Positions 58,729 through 64,000 of a stretch of DNA of 64,000 bases are shown here, piece after piece. The position numbers and the translations under genes were made by a program. The notes under the pieces are model-generated. The model was not told where the DNA came from. It did not search any database and saw only the letters and a list, made by a program, of their open reading frames with translations. The stretch spans positions 736,001 through 800,000 of the forward strand of contig JAVJNR010000003.1 of the NCBI GenBank assembly GCA_040217195.1. The letters run 5' to 3'. Each line of letters starts with the position of its first letter. The stretch's first letter is position 1. The DNA is from Leptospiraceae bacterium (GTDB lineage Bacteria > Spirochaetota > Leptospiria > Leptospirales > Leptonemataceae).

Positions 58729-59802
58729 ATGTTAAGACGGGCAGGCCTGGGACTGGCAGTAACGCTGGTACTATATTTCTCTCATTGCGCAACCACCACA
58801 ACTCTACCGGAAGGCCGAGTATTTCATCCGGTTACGGAAGACGGTTATCCGCTCACTCTGGAGCATTTTCCGGCCAGTGCTCAGGCACCTTCTCGCAAGT
58901 TTCCCGTAATCCTCTGTCATGGTTTCATGGCCAGCCGTAAATACTTCAAGATGAATGGAAGCCGGTCTCTGGCAATGGAGCTTCAAAAGCAGGGCTATGA
59001 TGTCTGGTTGCTGGATTTAAGGGGCCGTCCGGACGCTGGCTCCCCTTCTGTCTTTTTTGGTGATTACACCTACGACTATAATATGGATGATTACATTCAT
59101 CGCGATATGGATACGGCCATCTCATTCGTCCTGGAACAAACCGGCCGCAACGGAGTGAACTGGATAGGTCATAGCATGGGCGGTATGATTGCCTATGCAA
59201 GAATCGGTACCCTGAACGAAAGTAGAATCAAGAATCTAATAACCCTGGGCTCTCCTTTTCTTTTTCAGACTCCCACCAAGAATCTTAACACCTGGAATAC
59301 ACTTGGTATGTGCTCCTTCATGCTTCCTGTACTTCCCATGGGAAACCTGGCACGAATGGAAAGGCATAGTTGCATATCCCTTTCACCCGATAAATATCTG
59401 ATGAATATGTTCTGGTATCCGGAGAATTTACCAGAAGGCATGCTGGACGATATGAAAGTGCATGTTGCCAATAACATTGCCATTGGCGTAGCAGACCAAT
59501 TTGCAGATGCCGTAGAAACCGGCGATGTGCGAAGCGAAGATGGACAATTGAATTATACCCAGAACCTGAAAAGAATTCGCATACCCGTGATGATTGTCGG
59601 TGGCCGACGGGATCACCTGGGGTCTCCCTATATGCTGCGAAGAATCTATGAATCTCTGGGCAGCTCCGATAAGACTTTGTTTATCGCTGCTCGCTCCAAT
59701 GGCCAGCAGGAGGATTATGGTCATACGGATCTATTCGTAGGAATCAACGCTCATGAAGATGTGATCCCCGCAGTAACGGAGTGGCTCAATGAAAGAAATT
59801 AG
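58729..59802 (+). CDS. Alpha/beta hydrolase lipoprotein
   Basis: PVILCHG, DVWLLDLRG, IGHSMGG, YGHTDL; lipobox FSHC. Confidence 0.88.
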   Translation: MLRRAGLGLAVTLVLYFSHCATTTTLPEGRVFHPVTEDGYPLTLEHFPASAQAPSRKFPVILCHGFMASRKYFKMNGSRSLAMELQKQGYDVWLLDLRGRPDAGSPSVFFGDYTYDYNMDDYIHRDMDTAISFVLEQTGRNGVNWIGHSMGGMIAYARIGTLNESRIKNLITLGSPFLFQTPTKNLNTWNTLGMCSFMLPVLPMGNLARMERHSCISLSPDKYLMNMFWYPENLPEGMLDDMKVHVANNIAIGVADQFADAVETGDVRSEDGQLNYTQNLKRIRIPVMIVGGRRDHLGSPYMLRRIYESLGSSDKTLFIAARSNGQQEDYGHTDLFVGINAHEDVIPAVTEWLNERN

Positions 59803-60823
59803 AGGCTGGTTTTCAGTGAAAACTCAACAAATAATCATACCTCTGCTTCTATTCCTCAGCGCTGCACCTGTGATCGCAGAAAGAAATCCAATGGGCTTTC
59901 CCGAAGATGGAATTACAGCCACTCGAATCGCAGAAACCGATAAGCTCACCGTCTTTCGCCTGGGTGCTCTGCAAAAAGGTCAGGACTCAGTGGCATTGCT
60001 CGACCCCATGCTCTTTCAACCGGGCATCCTTGCCAGAGAAGACGGATTGATTCAATCTCTACTGGATGATGATCTGAATGTATATCTACTTATGTGGAAA
60101 TCTCCCGGTGATAGTATCCAGACTGTATTAATGGGAGCAGAGATCGAAAAGGCCGTTTCCATGGCACGAACAGACTGCGAATGTTCGGATTTTGTTGCCG
60201 GAGGAATCTCTCTGGGTGGTCAGCGCTGGTTACCCTATCTGGAGCGATTGGAGAGTTCCGACGATATAATGGTCGATAACAGAGGAACTCGAATCCGCTC
60301 TGTATTTTTTCTGGGAGCCGGGCTGGATTATTCCTATCCAGGTTCCCTTTACACAGGAAACCGATATCCCATAAATACGGATCTCTCCCAGAATTGCATG
60401 GATCTGGGAGCGCCCTGTCTGGGCTTCATTCCAGGCAGGCACTTTAAGGCCGGACTGAGGCTCAGAGCCATTCCCCCTGCCCTGGCCCCGGGAGATCTAA
60501 GTACCGCTCGAATGTTTCCCTCAATACGAAGGATGACCATTCCTGTTGCATTTATCTACGGAAAGATCGATGGATTCAGCCCGGAGGAGACCCTGTTTCC
60601 CATCTTTGAAATCTGGGGAGAGACGACCTACTTACAGGAGGTTCGCAAGGAGTACGATCCCTATGATACGGAAAATCCGGTTATGTGGCTGGAAGGTAGT
60701 GAGGCAAACCGACTGAATGATTACGATCACTTCGATCTTTTCTTGCATCCGGATGCAGATGCTGAATTATACGGTGAATTAACCGATTGGATTGAAGATG
60801 CGGAGCGGAAATCAGATCATTAG
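59789..60823 (+). CDS. Exported divergent alpha/beta hydrolase-like protein
   Basis: Signal peptide, GISLGG elbow, YGKIDG, YDHFDLF; overlaps the previous gene. Confidence 0.6.
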   Translation: MKEIRGWFSVKTQQIIIPLLLFLSAAPVIAERNPMGFPEDGITATRIAETDKLTVFRLGALQKGQDSVALLDPMLFQPGILAREDGLIQSLLDDDLNVYLLMWKSPGDSIQTVLMGAEIEKAVSMARTDCECSDFVAGGISLGGQRWLPYLERLESSDDIMVDNRGTRIRSVFFLGAGLDYSYPGSLYTGNRYPINTDLSQNCMDLGAPCLGFIPGRHFKAGLRLRAIPPALAPGDLSTARMFPSIRRMTIPVAFIYGKIDGFSPEETLFPIFEIWGETTYLQEVRKEYDPYDTENPVMWLEGSEANRLNDYDHFDLFLHPDADAELYGELTDWIEDAERKSDH

Positions 60824-61589
60824 AGATGCTTTAAAGTCTGCGGAACTGGATGAGCAGCTTCAACAGCTAGTGTTTTCCAGTTCTCTGGAAGAAAAAGATC
60901 GCAATACCGTGCTCTCCTGGATTCGGGCGGTTAGAGATGAATGTTCGGCCGCACTGCGCAAAGCCCAGGATTACCAGGACCTGGTCAGCCGAATGAGCGA
61001 ATTCCAGCTTCGGGCCGGACTATTCGAACTTCTGGCCATTCGAGAACCTGGAAGGGCCAGAAAGCAGAAGCTACAGGGCGAACTGCTGGCCCATCTACAA
61101 TCCTACATACAGGAGCTGGTACAGACCGGAGAGGAATCATCCGAGCTCATGGGCTCTTTGCGAAAGCAGATGATGGCACTGATTCCAGCACTGAATTTCG
61201 CAGACCCGGTTGAAAATCCCAATGGACCTTTGCTGGTTGTAGAAACTGATTACAAACAGGACAGGTATCAGCTCTCCGAAGATGGAACGGTCTTACAGGA
61301 AACCAATCTGCAATCAGCCGATTCCGGCGAAGAGGATAAGGATGCACATGATTCGGATTCCATGGCAACCGTTGCCACTGAGAGCTCTGAAAGCCCTCAA
61401 ACTTCCGATTCGGATTCTGCAGATCATGAATTGCTTAAACTCAGGGCTGAGAATCAGGAGTTGAAGCAGAAACTGAACGATTTTCTGGAAGAATGGGGTG
61501 AAGGCATTCGCATTGACGGCAAGACAGTGAGTATTCTCACCCATCGAAAAATCATAGTAAAGAAATCATCCCGGGAACCCTCTGAGTGA
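60798..61589 (+). CDS. Hypothetical protein with an acidic linker and coiled coil
   Basis: Overlaps both neighbours in an operon-like way; helical N-domain. Confidence 0.6.
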   Translation: MRSGNQIIRDALKSAELDEQLQQLVFSSSLEEKDRNTVLSWIRAVRDECSAALRKAQDYQDLVSRMSEFQLRAGLFELLAIREPGRARKQKLQGELLAHLQSYIQELVQTGEESSELMGSLRKQMMALIPALNFADPVENPNGPLLVVETDYKQDRYQLSEDGTVLQETNLQSADSGEEDKDAHDSDSMATVATESSESPQTSDSDSADHELLKLRAENQELKQKLNDFLEEWGEGIRIDGKTVSILTHRKIIVKKSSREPSE

Positions 61590-62401
61590 ATCCAGATCTA
61601 CCGCCTCTCCTGCCACATCCTACCGAGAATCAAAGGAATCTTTACGTATTTCTTTCCAGTATGTTCGTTACCATGCTGGTGCTCACGAACATGCTGGGTA
61701 CCAAGCTATTCATTCTGTTTCCGAATTATGATCCTCTTTCCGTTGTTCTAACCTCAGGAATTGTCACATATCCTTTTACTTTCTGGCTCACCGATATAGT
61801 CTCTGAAACATTCGGAAAGAGAAAAGCGGATTTGATGGTTGTATACGGATTTGTGGCCAGCATGCTAATGCTTCTCATCCTGCAGATTGTACAGTCTTTG
61901 CCCCCGGCCGAAATATGGAGAATACCCCCTGAATTCGCAGAGACATTCGCAGACGAATTTCATTTAATAGGCCGCGACGGTCAGCTCCTTGGGGCCAGTT
62001 CCACTGCTGCTCAAACTGCATTCACTTTTACCTTCGATGCACCGGGATTGTTGCTTTTCGCTTCCATGCTTGCCTATCTGGCAGCGCAACTAACGGATAA
62101 TTACATGTTTCATTTCTGGCGGCGCTTGACCAAAGGGAAGCATCTATGGCTGCGAAATAATGGATCCACAGCTGTTTCTCAGCTACTGGATACCATCATA
62201 GTAAATAGTATTTTTTTGACTTTTTACTGGAAGATGCCCTACCTGGTCCCTACGGAAGATCAGCCAGTTACGGTGGTGCAAGTCATTATGACCACATACC
62301 TGGTGAAACTTGCACTGGCCCTTCTGGACACTCCTCTGATCTACGGAGGGATAATTTTCATTAAGAAGGCCTTTGGCCTGGCTCCCACGGCTCAGTCCTG
62401 A
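61586..62401 (+). CDS. yhhQ: Queuosine precursor transporter (YhhQ/Vut family)
   Basis: YPFTFWLTDIVSE.FG, ASMLAYL.AQ..D, LWLRNNGST.VSQ..DT, LLDTP..Y. Confidence 0.9.
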   Translation: MNPDLPPLLPHPTENQRNLYVFLSSMFVTMLVLTNMLGTKLFILFPNYDPLSVVLTSGIVTYPFTFWLTDIVSETFGKRKADLMVVYGFVASMLMLLILQIVQSLPPAEIWRIPPEFAETFADEFHLIGRDGQLLGASSTAAQTAFTFTFDAPGLLLFASMLAYLAAQLTDNYMFHFWRRLTKGKHLWLRNNGSTAVSQLLDTIIVNSIFLTFYWKMPYLVPTEDQPVTVVQVIMTTYLVKLALALLDTPLIYGGIIFIKKAFGLAPTAQS

Positions 62402-62489
62402 ATTTCATTCAGACTCATTCACCGGTCAGGTCCTGTTGCCAGCCCACCTCGGCATTGAAGTCTTAGCCTCAATGCCATCCGCTATGCTG

Positions 62490-62734
62490 GTCTCAGTTCC
62501 CGGGCTTTATTTCCGTCCGCTCCACTGGTTTCAGGTTCGGGATTTTTGCCATCCGCGCCACTGATTTCAGATCCGGGATTTTTTGCCGTCCGCACCGCTG
62601 ATTTCAGGTCCGGGATTTTTTGCCGTCCGCACCGCTGATTTCAGGTCCCGCTCTCTTTGCCATCCGCGCCGCTCATTTCAGATCCGGGATTTTTTGCCAT
62701 GCGCGCCGCTCATTTCAGATCCGGGATTTTTACC
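62490..62734. repeat. 37-bp tandem repeat (about 6.5 units, degenerate at the left end)
   Basis: ATTTCAG recurs at 62564, 62601, 62638, 62675 and 62712; consensus ATTTCAGRTCCGGGATTTTTTGCCRTCCGCRCCGCTS. Confidence 0.92.
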
Positions 62735-62754
62735 GGCCGGAGAGATCAGCGATT

Positions 62755-63528
62755 CTAAGCAGGACTTTGATACAGTTTATGTTTTAAGATGTACGTATGA
62801 ACGGAAGGTAAAAGACAGTCCATAGCCTGCTGGAAAATCGGGTTTGAGCTTTCCCCGGTAGCATTGAAATCCTGTGCTGATTGCTTGAGCTGCAAAGCCT
62901 TTCGAATCTCGGTGCTGGAACAACCGGGAGGACAGATATCTAGAACCCTCAGGCTGCGAAGATCGAATTGACGGGCCAGTGTCTGCCTTTCCTGCTCAAC
63001 TCCTTCCTGTTGACCTTCCCGGCGAAAGACTAGAATTGATAACTTTTCCAGAAGGTAAGAATGTTCTTTCCATTTTCTCAGCGTGAATAGATTGTCCGCT
63101 CCAATTACCAGAACTGGATCCAGGCCTTCTGATTGTAGGTGCTGCACCGTTTTGAATGTATAGCTAAGTCCGCCCTGCTCCATCTCAAATGGATCGATTA
63201 CGATGGATATACCGGCAGCGCGAAAGAATCTTGGCTTCAGCTTCCCGGGGAGTTCCCTCTCGTCCTGCCTGGTATTGGCCGTATGCTCATCCACTGCTAT
63301 TTCTGAGCCCACCTTGAATTCGCGAATCATGAGCTCCAGCATTTGCAGCCGATGATGACTGGCTGCATGACGACGATCTTCTTTGAAGGGAGAAATGGCT
63401 GCCGGAACAATTCGAATTTCCTTTACACCGTCGGAATTCGCATTCTGTACCAGAGCCTCAATTAGAACCTGATGCCCCCTGTGGGGAGGATCGAATGAAC
63501 CTCCAAAGAGATAGGCCGGAGCGCTCAT
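62755..63528 (-). CDS. nadD: Nicotinate-nucleotide adenylyltransferase
   Basis: FGGSFDPPHRGH, SPFK, SYT..TV, VIGADN...W, SSTEIR, YI..H.LY; follows proA. Confidence 0.92.
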   Translation of the reverse strand: MSAPAYLFGGSFDPPHRGHQVLIEALVQNANSDGVKEIRIVPAAISPFKEDRRHAASHHRLQMLELMIREFKVGSEIAVDEHTANTRQDERELPGKLKPRFFRAAGISIVIDPFEMEQGGLSYTFKTVQHLQSEGLDPVLVIGADNLFTLRKWKEHSYLLEKLSILVFRREGQQEGVEQERQTLARQFDLRSLRVLDICPPGCSSTEIRKALQLKQSAQDFNATGESSNPIFQQAMDCLLPSVHTYILKHKLYQSPA

Positions 63529-63556
63529 GAAATACGAATAAGCCTATATCTCAGAT

Positions 63557-64000
63557 TCAGGAGCGAATCTGTCCTTCCCCTTCAAGAACATATGTAGTGG
63601 TAGTGAGATCCTTGACTCCCATAGGACCACGAACATGCATTCTACCTGTGGAAATTCCAACTTCAGCACCCATACCCATCTGCCCTCCATCGTGAAATCT
63701 TGTGGAACAGTTGACCAGAATGGCTGCCGTATCTACAGATTCGCGAAATACAGAGATGGATTGCTGACTGTCGGAAATGATAGCTTCGGAATGACCGCTT
63801 CCATAGCGATCGATGAACTGAATTGCTTCTTCCGTAGAGTCCACTATCTTTACTGAAAGCCTTTGATCCAGATACTCGGTGGAATACTCTTCGTCCGGGT
63901 TATCAATCCTGCCCGCCTCGGGAAAGAATTCCCGGGTTCGCTCGCAGCCCAGAAGGATAGCTCCCGCTTCCTTTATCTTCTCCAGCAGCGCGGGAATATG
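63557..64000 (-). CDS. proA: Gamma-glutamyl phosphate reductase (C-terminal part, 5' partial)
   Basis: YGSGHSEAII, VNCSTRFHDG...G.GAEVGIST..H.RGPMG...LTT; frame open to the window end. Confidence 0.95.
   Translation of the reverse strand, partial: HIPALLEKIKEAGAILLGCERTREFFPEAGRIDNPDEEYSTEYLDQRLSVKIVDSTEEAIQFIDRYGSGHSEAIISDSQQSISVFRESVDTAAILVNCSTRFHDGGQMGMGAEVGISTGRMHVRGPMGVKDLTTTTYVLEGEGQIRS

Noticed and set aside
62490..62734. CRISPR array (37-bp period)
   Set aside because: Units are directly adjacent with no unique spacers, and there are no cas genes in the window.
1..64000. tRNA, rRNA, IS elements, prophage
   Set aside because: I recognised no cloverleaf, rRNA signature, transposase, integrase or phage structural motif.

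Overview
A gene-dense bacterial chromosomal segment, roughly 50% GC by eye. It most likely comes from a member of the Leptospiraceae (spirochaete), judged from the many spirochaete-type lipoboxes (LHC, SHC, FHC, VQC), a membrane-anchored AraC regulator, a DUF1554/Len-like surface lipoprotein and a hemL-kinase-regulator-hemE arrangement. Core content: sulfate assimilation in two operons (cysI-cysD-cysN and cysH-cobA), a ferredoxin, heme genes with an embedded two-component system, a complete suf operon (sufBCD-Rieske-sufS-sufU), fliS, uppP, nadD, the end of proA, two class III nucleotide cyclases, lipid/amine oxidation genes, an arsS radical SAM pair and many orphan lipoproteins. I recognised no rRNA, tRNA, transposase or CRISPR array. 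Most notable: (1) an orphan Dcm-type C5 methyltransferase overlapping a Mig-type T:G mismatch glycosylase where vsr would normally be; (2) a 96-bp tandem array of hairpins with covarying stems and GGA-containing loops, resembling a CsrA-sponge RNA; (3) the same ATTCMTA-N9-TAGGAAT palindrome upstream of both cys operons; (4) a 15-bp motif exactly 71 bp upstream of both genes flanking the AraC regulator; (5) a 37-bp non-coding tandem repeat. All calls are from reading the sequence; no searches were run.
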